NCBI GenBank assembly: GCA_002104905.1 | Contig: MCFE01000166.1 | Coordinates: forward strand, 62,001-126,000 | Length of the DNA stretch: 64,000 nt | Reading direction: 5' to 3' | Source: Basidiobolus meristosporus CBS 931.73 | Taxonomy: Eukaryota > Fungi > Basidiobolomycota | In this document: positions 24,170-36,099 of the stretch, piece by piece | Numbering within the stretch: the stretch's first letter is position 1 | Layout: each line of letters opens with the position of its first letter | Program-made: the position numbers and the translations under genes | Notes under the pieces: model-generated | What the model was told of the DNA's origin: nothing | Database searches by the model: none | The model's input: the letters and a program-made list of their open reading frames with translations, nothing else

Positions 24170-27000
24170 CTGTATGATAGGCCGCAGATTCAGGTTGATG
24201 AGAATCAGTGACCAGCAGGATTTGCTGGTAAAGTACATGCTTAATGAGTATCCATTAAGTGCCAAGGCAAAGGCATGATTGTGCATACCTTCAAAGTAGC
24301 CCTTGCTTCTTAGCTGTTTGCAATATCTGCCATCAGATATATCTGATATGTTTGCGCTTGATTGCTACTGAATGCAGTACTTTATGGCTCCACAATATTT
24401 GATGGACTGCATGAGCTTCTTTATACAGGTTACTACCAGATTATATCCACAATGTGAGCAATATTTTCTGCCAGTAGAGGTGGATTCCAGACAAGTTGGA
24501 CGCCATGCAATGTTAGCACATGCAGGTATCAGTACAGTCTCTGGGTCATATGCTGCCATCCACATAATGGTTTTCTATTTGTACCATTTACATAGTAAGT
24601 TGCATCCCAGTATGATTTTGACAAAAAGTAGCAGTAAATCCTCAAAGACCCCATTATTGATATTAGTGGAAATGCACCACCTCTCTAGCCACAACATTAC
24701 ATCATTCACCAGTAGATGAACTACTGGGCTCACTTGACTCCATAAAGTATCCTTGGCATTTTTTTCCCTGGGTGTTGTCTCTTTGCATACTGGGATCTTG
24801 CCAGGCTCATGCAGGGTACTGTTGTTAGTGAAGATAGACTCACAATCCATCAGGGAGCCTGCTTCATCAGAGCTAGTACTTTGTGTGCCACATTCACAAG
24901 GCTGGGGTGAGCCTAAAGACAGCACAAACTCTCCTAACTCAGTTTGCACAAGCTGACAGGCACCACTAGATGCTGTTATTGAAGTATCAAGTGGCTGGCA
25001 AGATATTATTGATATAGCAGTGACTGGTGAATGGTAAAATAGGGCTTGTGTGGCAAAACACTGGCCATGATCCTTCTAGTACTTCCTAGACAGTCTGTCT
25101 GCTTCATGGCTGAAAGGCTTGCTAAAGTAGCCACATAGTCTTTGTTCTCTTCTCTTATGTTGTTGAATCAAGATAGTCTTGTCCATGGGGCAACAGTTTA
25201 CACTCAACAACTTAATGGTATTATGTCACTTTTTTGTCAATACTTGAGTGAACTTATGCCAGTCTTGTATTTGACACATTGCACCAAAATGAATGTAGGA
25301 TTCAACAATGACCTGCTATAGTAAACATAACAAATTGAGTTATGGCATCACATACACACATGTATGTAACACCATTTCTCCTTTGGTTTAGCTCACTTCC
25401 ATATATGTGCTACCAAAAAACAAAGCAAAGTTGCATGGTTCCCAACCAAACCTCACTGTTGATGGCAGCAGAAGAATGTTTAGACAATAGCTTGCTTTGT
25501 GATTCTGTGCAGCAAGCAGGGCTACAACTAAAAAAGGTCCTGTGGACAGTGTGCCACTGAAGGTAAAAATGCAGACTCCTTAAGCTCTCAGCTGAGTAGG
25601 CAATTGGAATCTCTGACAAGCTGCAAACTGATCATATTGCTGAGGCAGATGAGAATGTGGCAAAAGTTGTACCTTCAGAGAAGGACCAGCAAGTGGCCAT
25701 TGTAAGATTACCACCACTTGTATTAGCAAGTATGCTGTCAGCTCATACCAAAGTATTAATGAGGCAATTTGGTGTAGTGGCTGCAAGGATAGATGCAATG
25801 ATCTAGAGAAATCAGGAAACAGTCCCGGTACTGGATGAGAGGATAAAAGGTGCTGAGCAATCATTAACCCAGGTAGAGAAAGCAGTACCTTTGCTGCAAA
25901 GAAAGAACTCAAGTAGCTCAATGTTGCTGCCAAGAATTGAGCCATTTTCTGATGTAACAGCCAAGGAACACCATGCAGTCTTTAATGCACAACAACAGTG
26001 CCCTAAGATAAAGCCCACAGAGAAATATATTACAGCATGGGAGGGAGAAGATATAGTGATTATATTGAAGCCTAAAAACCAAAAGACATTCAACATCTGT
26101 GAAGCTGTCGGGCACAATGGTGAAGAGTGGGCTAAGATTCAGAGGCTGTTAGAAGTCTAGCACGTTAACATCATAAGGTTGGCATACCATGGGACCATGA
26201 GGAGCTCAATGATAAGCACAATGTACTTGCCCTGCTTAATAAGCATTATCCTGGATTCAAACAAGCAAATGGATTTTGGGTCAGCATTGGTGTGCTATTA
26301 AAGTATCTCAAGATTAGCTGAAATTATTGAATGCAGAAGAACAAGGGTGCAATAGCTAAAAGCCAATGGCTTCCTCATGAGCCAATCACCAGCAGGGCCA
26401 AAAGCTCCAAACAGAATCAAAGAGGAATCAAGTAGCTGGAAGTGTGCCAATATGGAAAAAGCAGGCAAACACAGATGCACCAGCACAACATTTACCATGC
26501 AAAAAGCATAGCTCTACTCAAGAAGCACTCAGTTAAAGTAGTAGTGAAGGACCTGGCAGTGATAAGTACAAGCAGCTACCTCAGGAGCCCATCATGGCAA
26601 GGGCTGAGAGCTCAAAACAAGCAGGAAAGAAGCATCAGGTTGCCTGCAGAATGCCAGCAAGGGACATGTGGGCCAAAACAGCTGCATCAGAGCCGCATTT
26701 ATGAAGGAGAAAGCACAGTGCATTACAAGAAGCACTCAGATAAAGTAGCAGTGAAAGACCTGGAAGTGACAAAAGAAGAGGTAAAGGGGGAAAAGTCAAC
26801 CCAAGCTAGAGACAGGCAAGTGAGAGAAAAAAGCTGCAGTTCTTGCCAATTCATATCACAAGTCTGGAACAGACTAAATCCCTTCAAAGCCAAGAAAAAG
26901 TACCAAGAAGAAACAGCTGTTTTCACAAGGGTTGGAAGTGTAGCCAGTTGAGCCAAACTCCAGCAAGGTAGATGAGTTTGCTGAAAAAGTACAGTAGACT
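24170..27000. mobile_element. CACTA-like element Z1: transposase remnant (-) and divergent accessory ORF remnant (+)
   Basis: Minus strand 24180-24360 translates ISDISDGRY...ALALNGY...SCWSLILINLNLRP (Transposase_21 core); upstream YDPE...AC...CSHCG cysteine motif; plus strand 25640-26950 encodes the repeated accessory protein. Confidence 0.75.
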
Positions 27001-28360
27001 CAGATACAGTATCTTTACATTGCAAGTTGTATAAAATGGGAGCTCTAATTCCTGAGCCCAGTATTTATGCATCTTAATTACAGCATTTTAGGCTAATCAT
27101 GACAATGATCCTTGCTTGAGTAGTTGCATTGTTTGATGTGGGCAGGTTCTTGTTTTCTCAGCACAATGAGTACATCAATCCATTTTGCTATTTCAGTGAC
27201 TGAGTTGCCACTAGTATTTGGATTTAAAGGCTCACCAATAGAGGCTTCAATTGCAGTGTCATCTCCTAAATAAGCCTTGCTCATATGAATAATTATCAAG
27301 TTGCCAAACCACTTTTGCATATTGCACACATGTAGCAATGATCCAGGGTTGGTATAAAACTAATAATTAAGGTCACTACCACTCTTACAGACTGTTATAA
27401 GCAACCATTCTTCTGAAGGTACATAACTGGTATGATAAAGCTTCTGTTTTTTGCCTTCTTATATCTTAATGCATTCCCTTGCCAAGTAGTTGAGCAGTGG
27501 TTATGGCAACCAGGATTTCTTTGGTTGTTGTGCTTTCCCTTAGTTTCTGAAGAAAATGGCGTCTTCATTTCTCTTTGCTTAGCCATTACATCTGAGCCTT
27601 TAAAACAGGAGTCTGACATTGGGATTACTCATGGCCAGATTGATATTGCTTTTGGTCTAAAGATCATCTTCTAGGATCATCAGGCAGCTTTGGTACTATT
27701 ACAAGCATCAATATGACCAACAATGGAGTCTTGTATGCTGAAATATATGGTACTTAAGCCCTTCTTTCCTTTTGTTGAAGTTTCTCAACTCCTTCTGCAG
27801 TTCTTCTGGGATCAACCTCTTTTCCTATCACTATATTTCACAGCTTTATTGCTACAGTGTGGATCTGAGCTTTGATTATTCAGATTCTATAGTTCTTCCT
27901 ATCAAAATTCACCTCTACAGCAATGATGCCATTATAACTCTGCTTGCAAATAAAAGTCATCTCTAAAATGGCTTAAGGATATTTGGGCTTTAACCTGTTG
28001 CAAGCTGAAGAAGATATTCATATAAGGACCTAAGAACAAATCTATGGTAATAGAGGAGCTGCTGATTACTTCTAAAGAAGCTCAAAATCTGCACTTTTAT
28101 AGATATACTCCAGTTGTATCACTAAGCTAAGGATGTTTCTCACTATCTAGGAGCACACTTCAGGAGTTTCTGGGTTAGTGTCCTATGCTTGGTGAGAGTG
28201 TAACCTTGATCTTGACTGGAATAGTATAGTTATTGGTTTATGCTTCTGAAAGAAGTGGCAGAGTTAGGGCTGTAAATGAGTCCCACAGTGACTACTACTC
28301 CGGATTTGTAGAGTAAATCTTTAGCTGTTTGATGATGCCAACTAGGTCAGTATTTCAGCA
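27000..28360 (-). mobile_element. Ty1/Copia 5' fragment: LTR 27996-28360, PBS, degenerate gag
   Basis: LTR end CAACA followed by GGTTAAAGCCC (Ty5/copia-type PBS); gag N-terminus NFDRKNYRI*...L*NIVIGKEVDP matches the Copia NY..W...LW..V.G pattern. Confidence 0.75.
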
Positions 28361-28364
28361 GTCT

Positions 28365-31300
28365 CATTAAGCCAGCATGATTTTTTGATACTTCTAGGCT
28401 TAAGGAATGCTCAAAAGCAGCATGCATAGAAAATCACTGTTCATGCTCTCAATTGAAACTAGCACAAGAGCAGTGTCCCCTAATGCAAACCTATAAGATA
28501 ACAAAGTAATAAGATCATTATAATACTAACATCATAATGGAATTTCAGTGCTGGATAACAGAACTACAGCTGATGTGGCTATACTTATAGTTCCTGATCA
28601 AAAATGTTTCATGATAATTGCATGGAACCAGTTCTCTAGCCTCAACATTATATCCTTCACCAGAAGATAGATTACTGGGCTCACTTGGCTCCATAAAGTA
28701 TCTTTAGCATTTGTTTTAAGGTGTGTTGTCTCATTGCATATTGGGATTTGACCAGGCTCATATGCAGTACTATTGTTAGGGGAGATAGGCTCACAATCCA
28801 TCAGTGAACTTTCTTTGTCAGAGCTAACATTGTGTGTGCCATGTTCAGACAGCTGAGGTGAGCCTCAAGGCATCACAAGCTCACATGAATCAGTTTGCAC
28901 AAGGTAACAAAGATGGCCAGGCGCCAATATAGAAGTATCGACTGGCTGGCAAGACAATGTTGGTACATTAGTAACTAAAAAATGGTCAAATATGACTTGT
29001 GTGGCAAAAACTGGCTGTGATCCTTGTTGTACTTCTTATGCAGTCTCCATGATTCATAGCTAAGAGGCCTGATACAATAGCCACATGGTCTTTTCTCTCT
29101 TCTCTTATGGTGTTGAATCAAAGTAGTCATGTCCATGGGGCAAACAGTTTGACCTTCAACAACATAATGCTATTATATCACTTTTTGGTCAATACTCATG
29201 TAAATTTAAGATAGTCTTGTATTTGAGACATGGCACCTATGTGTAAATAAGATTCCATGAAGACCTGCCAAAGCAAGCATTATAAATAAAGTTGTTGCAC
29301 CACATACACATGAATATAACACTTTTTCCCCTTTGGTTTGGCCCACTTCCATATTTATGCAGCCAAAAAACAAAGCAAAGTTGTCTAGTTCCCAACTAAA
29401 CCCAACTGTTGACAGCAACAAAAGAATGGTTGGACAACAGCTTGCTTTGACCTTCAGTATAACAATCAGGGCTACATCCAAAAAAGGCCATGTTGACAGT
29501 GAGCCCACCAAAGGTAATAATGCAAACTCTTCAGGCTCTCAGTCAAGTAAGCAATTGAGTACCTGTAATACATAGTAAAAGATACCTACTCTGAGTATTC
29601 CTAACAAGTAGTGCCTCCAAGGTCAGTTGGCTGTCAGCATGGTCACCTGGGAGTATCCTGTGGTCAGGGACTGGAAGTTCAGGTAGCAGCAGGTAGCAGT
29701 GATCACACTAATCAACAAGTTGGTATATTGATAAAAGGGATGAAGAATTATAGTTAAGGTATTGGCTCCCTTATAGACTTTTCTCACTGGCAAAGTGATT
29801 ACTAATCATGGCGTTCCAGAAGGTTCTGAAGATCAATAGAAATCTTAATGTCATCAGAATGAGCTAAGAGTATTCTAAGTAGGTACCACAGGGTTCTAAG
29901 AGGCCAGCATATCCAACCAATCAGGAATCAGTACTCTGAAACTGGTGTAACATAGGGATACCATATATGGAATAGATATAATAGGGATGGTGACACAGGT
30001 TGACCATGTGTCACAGGTACTGGCATGGTTACCTGCCTAATATAGAAGCACTTTTAGCTAGTAATCTTACATAAAGTGAGGGATAACTTGTGCCATAAGG
30101 TAAGCAAGTGTGTTAGTCAGCAGGCTTATGGGATAGTACTGATCAAGTAAGAAAAATGGGCTAAATCTAAAATAATTGTAGCAGAGAAATAGGGAAGTAG
30201 AAAATATGCAAATGAGCATATCTGTCAGTGGGTGTCACTGTGACCCCACTACACCATTATGCTCAGGTAGATGAGAATGTAGCAAATGCAGTACCCTCAG
30301 TTGAAGACCAGCAAGTAGCCCTCAAAGCATTACCACCACCTATATTAGCTAGTATGTTATCAGCTCATCCCAAGGCATTAATGAAGCAATTATGTGCAGT
30401 GGCTCATAGAATAGATGCAATGGCTCAGAGAAATCAGGAAATATTCCAGAAAGAGGATGAGCAGATAATATGTGTAGAGCAATCAATATGCCAGGTAGAG
30501 AAAGCAGTATCTTTGCTGCAAAGAAGAAACTCAAGTAGCTCTAAGTCACAGCTAAAAATTGAGCCACTTCCTGATGTAACAGCAGAGGAACACCATACAG
30601 TCTTTGAAGCCCAATAACAGTGCCCAAAGATAAAGCCTACAGAAAAACCTATCACAGCATGGGAGGGAGACAATGTGGTGTTTATACCAAAGCCTAAAAA
30701 TCAAAATACATTGAGTATCTGTGGAGCCATTGAGTGCAATAATGAAGAGTGGGCTAATATTCAAGAGGCTGTCAGATGTCCAGCAGGCCATCACCCTAAG
30801 GCTGGAATTCCATGGGACCATTGGGAACTCCAGCAAGGTAGATGAGCTTGATGAAAAAGGCAATTTGTCTACCACATCCTCCACAGCCTCCACAGCCTCC
30901 ACAATCTCCATTGCTGACAGAGTGGAGATCCCACTGACAGACAAGGCTACAAGGTCAAGAGCTTGAAAGACTATTATGATGCCTTCAGTGAATTTTGGAA
31001 CATTAGTAGGCACACCAAGAGGTTGCAGCACTTCTTCAAGAGCAGTGTTCTAGAAAACACACCTGAATATTGCAAGGATTACTGCAAAGACTGGCAGATG
31101 AGGTGCTAGACCTGGCAGTGCCAGCTGAACACTAGGACATGTTGGAACCAGTGAATGAACAGTGGCATAAAGTCATTGGCCTCCCATTAGAGTTGTTGAA
31201 CCAGAGTGTTATAGCAGAGATACTTGCTGAGTTGTAGATTTTAATGGAGTTACTTGCTGAGTGTGGGGTTGAGCTTAATGTCAGTGTAGGGTATAGAGAC

Positions 31301-31686
31301 TTGTATAGGTCAATACAATTGACAATGGAGTTACAAATGAGGTTTCAGCAGAAATAAATAAATTTGTACGCATGAAAAGTAAGAGAAACTGTTGAGTAAG
31401 GGAGTAGGGAGTGTGAAAAGAGCCAATAGCCAATCAATGCACACAAATGTAGGAGGTGATAGAGTGTCTGGGATCAGAAGGCAAGCAAACTGGCAGGGAA
31501 CCAATCAAGAGCCACTTAAACACTGTTGTGATTAAAAATTTTGACTAAGTTTTTGTGAAATATGAGGTGCAATTATCTTTCAACAGTCTCTGGATGGTGT
31601 CCTGATGGGATCAGTACCTCTTAGTCACAGGACTTTAACTTTGTAATGGCCTTCCGGTGGGATCATCACAATAATTTTTCATAGTG
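28365..31686. mobile_element. CACTA-like element Z2 with a CACTATGAAAAA terminus
   Basis: Colinear with Z1 (28598-28801 versus 24575-24949; 30228-30617 versus 25640-26000); right end TTTTTCATAGTG at 31675-31686; interrupted by an LTR at ~29566-30253. Confidence 0.78.
29566..30253 (-). mobile_element. Family X LTR, 5' two-thirds
   Basis: Starts TGTAGTGGGGTCACAGTGACACCC on minus; colinear with 38030-38660. Confidence 0.8.
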
Positions 31687-32017
31687 GACCTTATGAAAAA
31701 TAATTTGGTCAAGCAGGTGGATCCAGTCAATATTAGCCATTAAGATCCTGCAATGAGGCTGTCATAATGACTGCAGCTTGTAATTATTGACCCACCTCAC
31801 AATAATATGAGGGGATCACAATAGATTTGTAAATAGACTTGTTCCATTGTATAGTGCCACATAGTGCCAGCCTGTTTATGGTGCCGGATCAATCTGGCAC
31901 TCTATGGCACTATCTGGCACTATAATTTCTACCATGATGCCAGTGGTATGATACAGTTACTGGTAATTTTATTCAATCTTCCTTATGTTGCTCAGAATAG
32001 TGCTTTCCTTGCTTTAT

Positions 32018-32902
32018 TTACTCTTCATAATGCTCCAGACACATTTCTCTCAGTGGATGTCTTCTTGTATGAACATACTGTGCATTAATAAGTATCTTAA
32101 CTATTTTACCTATTCTGCTGTTTTCTCCTAAATATGATTTTCCTCTGTATTTACCTGTCAATATGCTGAATCTCTTCAGATATCCAAATGTGTGCTCTAC
32201 CCTTACTCTGAAATGATTAAATATCTCATTGTAGAGCTTCTGCTTCCTGCTAAGCACACCATTCCTTGGCTTCCTATAAACTGTAATACATCCTAATCTC
32301 TGACAATCCTCTCCTATACAGGCTACGTCTGCCATACATTTCTCCCCTCTACTAAATTCAGGATGATTCTCTACCCAGAGTGCTTTGTCATGCCTACTTC
32401 CAGCAAATGGCCCACTAAACCAGATGATGTTACCCTCAATGTCAGACAGTGCTTGAAACTTCACACAGTGTGCCTTGTACTTGCCAGAATAAAAGTGCCT
32501 CTGCCCTCTAGAAGGTCTGTTAATCCTCACTGGGAAGGTATCCAAAATACTCCTGATATGGAACCTGTTGCTGAACACTCTGGGATATGGAAGTCTATTG
32601 GAGCTTCTGAACCTAGTATTCCAAGCATGCTCTAAGTCATTCATACCCTCCGCAAGGTGGTTCTCCATTGCTGTCAGCTGGGAATGAAAGCTTCTAGGAC
32701 TTTTGTTGCCATTGATGGTGGGATGAAACCTTGTAGGGCAGTAGTTCTTGTAATAGCAGGGAAGCTTAACAAGGGATCTCCTTGAGTAGATTGGGGTTGA
32801 TGGTCCACAGTACTTGGAACAGATCTCCTCTAGTTTGTCAAAAGGAAATCCAGTGGTAGTGATGGGATTGATGAGAAAAGACCATTCAGATGAGTAAGTC
32901 AT
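32018..32902 (-). CDS. DDE_Tnp_4 / Harbinger-type transposase, 294 aa
   Basis: SILDTFPV, YSGKYK.HCVKFQ, GPFAGSRHD, MADVACIG (D.[GA]Y motif), RVRVEHTFGYLKRFSIL. Confidence 0.9.
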   Translation of the reverse strand: MTYSSEWSFLINPITTTGFPFDKLEEICSKYCGPSTPIYSRRSLVKLPCYYKNYCPTRFHPTINGNKSPRSFHSQLTAMENHLAEGMNDLEHAWNTRFRSSNRLPYPRVFSNRFHIRSILDTFPVRINRPSRGQRHFYSGKYKAHCVKFQALSDIEGNIIWFSGPFAGSRHDKALWVENHPEFSRGEKCMADVACIGEDCQRLGCITVYRKPRNGVLSRKQKLYNEIFNHFRVRVEHTFGYLKRFSILTGKYRGKSYLGENSRIGKIVKILINAQYVHTRRHPLREMCLEHYEE

Positions 32903-33261
32903 ATTAAAATTGATGGATGATTGTATGGAGGCGGTTTGAATTGATTCGGTGCAATCTGCGTTATTTATCTGATTTTTAATACATTATGGTTAAATCTCCA
33001 TCAATTGCCATGTATCCCATCATTATGTCGCAAAAATCATCCGCAAACAATGCCTTGGTACTTTTACTGATGCTTAACTCATAGGTCTATAATCAAATAG
33101 GAAATCTGCGATTGATGTGATCTGATCCATGTCAACATGATCCAAGATGCATCATGCATAATCTATGGAAAATTCAACAATCACATTAGTTTTCATATAT
33201 ATTTCATATAAGACCAGGTTGATGCCAATATACTGCTGTATAAGTATCCAAATCCATTGCT

Positions 33262-34494
33262 ATGGTTCCCATACCAAGCCTCAACTCATCTCTAGTACAA
33301 CCCAGACAAAACCCATCCCCCAGCTCACAAACGTGGTCCGGACCGGAAAAGTCGATGTCAAGTCTGTTTGAGTTCTTGCCAAATGATTTTAGTATGGCCC
33401 AAGTGTCTATGATGAGCCTTCATACAGATATTTGGGCACTACTGATTAATCTAGCAGAACTAGATACCTCAGAGAGTCAACAAAGATGGAAGAATTTGAG
33501 TAGAAAGCTGTGGCATGAGTTCTACATCAAGATGCCAGCCAATGTATGTAAAAAGATATATAACAAGACAAGTATTGAAATCAAGAATGAGCTGAGAGTG
33601 AGGGGATTTGACAAAGAATCCGCGCGGGAACAATTTCATGTGCAATTTGCACAGTACGGGCCAGACATGTTTGTTTGTGCCTCAACTTTGGGAACCAAAG
33701 AGATTTTGAATGAGTTTTTGCCTCAAATGACTAATGTATTATGTGATATATTAGTAGAGCTAAGTGGCTTCCAAGAGCAATATACACAGGACTCATTCAG
33801 GCAACAGCTCCAAAGTATCAGACAGAGGGTAAGTGAATACCTTGAGGAATCAGATGGTGAGCTTCAGGAGGAAGAATACAGACCGCAAGCAACATCGTCC
33901 AGATCGCACCAGCATGCCTTGCTGGATTCCCTACCATCTCTTGCAACCACAGTGCGCCGGCTCATGTCAGTCCAGACCACGCCAACACCCTTTACCAGAA
34001 CGCCCCGCATCAAGTCAACGCGCACGCTTCAAAGCCAAACTACAAGTACTTGCCAAACTGCTCATTTAGACACAAGTCCATTGGAGTGGACCAAGTCACG
34101 TCAACATGCAGCATCACATCAAACTCAGCCAAGGGCCATCTCAATGCGTCAAGGCACGCCTGCGTATGTTGTTTTGCCTGACCATCAGCAAGTTACTTCT
34201 GGTGAACTGACTGATGATGACCAACATGAAGTGCCTCAACCACTGGAGCCCTTGGCAAGTAAAAGAACACGTCAGCGTGTGGCACTACAGGCCGGTTCAG
34301 TTGGTTTAGTTGGAGCAATCCAGCATGGCCAAGCTGCAGCATTGCACTCATCAACCAGGAGGCAAAATACTGACTACAAATACACAAGTAGCCAAGATGA
34401 TAGTCAGCCAGGAAGTAGTATAGGTGTGCAAAGTGAGTCACTACCAAATGCTTCAGTAGTAATCCCTGTGAGAAAACAACCCAGGAGAAGATGA
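33262..34494 (+). CDS. PHIS accessory protein, 410 aa, unknown function
   Basis: Open ORF inside the TIRs, conserved in copy B; helical-looking N-terminal half (QRWKNLSRKLWHEFY), S/T/Q/R-rich low-complexity tail ending in a basic RKQPRRR. Confidence 0.8.
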   Translation: MVPIPSLNSSLVQPRQNPSPSSQTWSGPEKSMSSLFEFLPNDFSMAQVSMMSLHTDIWALLINLAELDTSESQQRWKNLSRKLWHEFYIKMPANVCKKIYNKTSIEIKNELRVRGFDKESAREQFHVQFAQYGPDMFVCASTLGTKEILNEFLPQMTNVLCDILVELSGFQEQYTQDSFRQQLQSIRQRVSEYLEESDGELQEEEYRPQATSSRSHQHALLDSLPSLATTVRRLMSVQTTPTPFTRTPRIKSTRTLQSQTTSTCQTAHLDTSPLEWTKSRQHAASHQTQPRAISMRQGTPAYVVLPDHQQVTSGELTDDDQHEVPQPLEPLASKRTRQRVALQAGSVGLVGAIQHGQAAALHSSTRRQNTDYKYTSSQDDSQPGSSIGVQSESLPNASVVIPVRKQPRRR

Positions 34495-36099
34495 TGTGAT
34501 TGCCTTGAATTGCTCACATTTGTAATGATCCCAACAACCCTTTTTTTTTGCGATCCAAATTGAGCCATTGCAAATCAGTGATCATCAAATTTTTGATATA
34601 AGTAATATCAAGGTTGTCTCATATTTGAGACAGAACCTCTATAAATAAACACCCTGCATATACATATGTCATCTGTAATACCAGTGCAGCTATTGGATCT
34701 GTTTTGCACCTACACAATTGCTTGCGTGCTGGCTATGACACCTTGTCCAATCACTAGGATCAGGGATTTACTTGCTCAATGGGCAAAATGGGATATTTGA
34801 TGGTGAATCAGGTAGCTTTTTCAGTAGTCAATGAGCCAATTGGGGGCTGCCAGCTTCAGGATACTTTTGGACCAATTAACCACTGAGATATTGTCCAATT
34901 GGATTGAGGGTAACCAAAATGGTAAGTATCAGTGTAGTTTATAGTGTGATACACATTTATTTCCATTTACATTAAAGAAACATATCCAAATACCGGATTT
35001 TACCTGCCATAATAGCGGTATCCAATTGCGCACATGATGCAAACATTATGAGTTTGTGCAATCATCCATGCCAACCTCATTGTGTCAAATTGTGCCATAG
35101 TGTGCAAGATCGTCTTGCATAGTGCAAAATTGTCTCAGAACAATCCTGCCTTCTGGTAGCTATAATATTGCGCCCAATTGTTCTTTACAACCGTGGATTG
35201 CGCCGCGCGCCCTGGCATGGTATGATGGAACAAGTCTAATATACTTAACAGAGTCCAAAAAGTCCTTTGACAGGAATTGAATGGCATTTGTACAGTTCTC
35301 TAGCAACAACAGTTACTTGAATGGAGCCAACTGGCCTGTTCATTCAATTGCCATATATGGTGAAAAACCTGATGACATTTTCTCAGCCTTGTTGCAGACA
35401 TATTTTGGCATTATAGCAGCAGTATGGAAGCCTACTGCTAGTGCTGCAGAATGCCAGCCCACCAATTTACCAAACAGTGTTTCCTTTGCTACCTCCCCTT
35501 GCACCATTCAAATACACCAATGCAGGATAACCCCAATTTATCTGCTTACGCACAACTATCATGGGTATTCCATATTTAGTTGGAATCAAAAGAAATTATG
35601 GCCTGCTGCTTACTAACCTCTACAGATACACACACCTGCTGCTCTAGACACACTGGTATCACTTCAACTTTACAATGCTTCAATGTGTTACTTGCAAAGT
35701 TATCTTATACCTATGCTGGTAATATGCACATCTTGCATACATATACTTAGTTGCCATCACTTTTGCCCTGAATACCACTTGCATATCTGCAAAATACTTC
35801 TTTTGTACTCAGCCAGTATACTCCTGCTCCCTGGATTCTAGTTGCCCTTGTAGGTACACTCTGGTTCAAGTTTGAGTGAATCCTGTATTAAGTAGTGTTG
35901 CAATTGGCTTGTGCTCAGTGGAAGCCCAGCATACTATGGTAAAGTTGTCCGTATGAGAGCTAGTTGCTTGTTGCATCCAACCCAACTTTGGATTACTTGA
36001 CTGGTTATCCATGTATTGGGACTGCTTAGCTTCTTAATTGCCAAGGCTTAGGTGTCTCTATGTGCATATCTGTGCTTAGTATTTTCCAACTCTTCCTGG

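Larger units (their letters stand above)
31835..35237. mobile_element. Full-length PHIS two-gene DNA transposon, copy A (3403 bp), Pangu-like
   Basis: 13-bp perfect TIR AGACTTGTTCCAT, AAT direct repeats at 31832-31834 and 35238-35240, subterminal GTGCCA/TGGCAC repeats, two divergent open ORFs. Confidence 0.93.
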
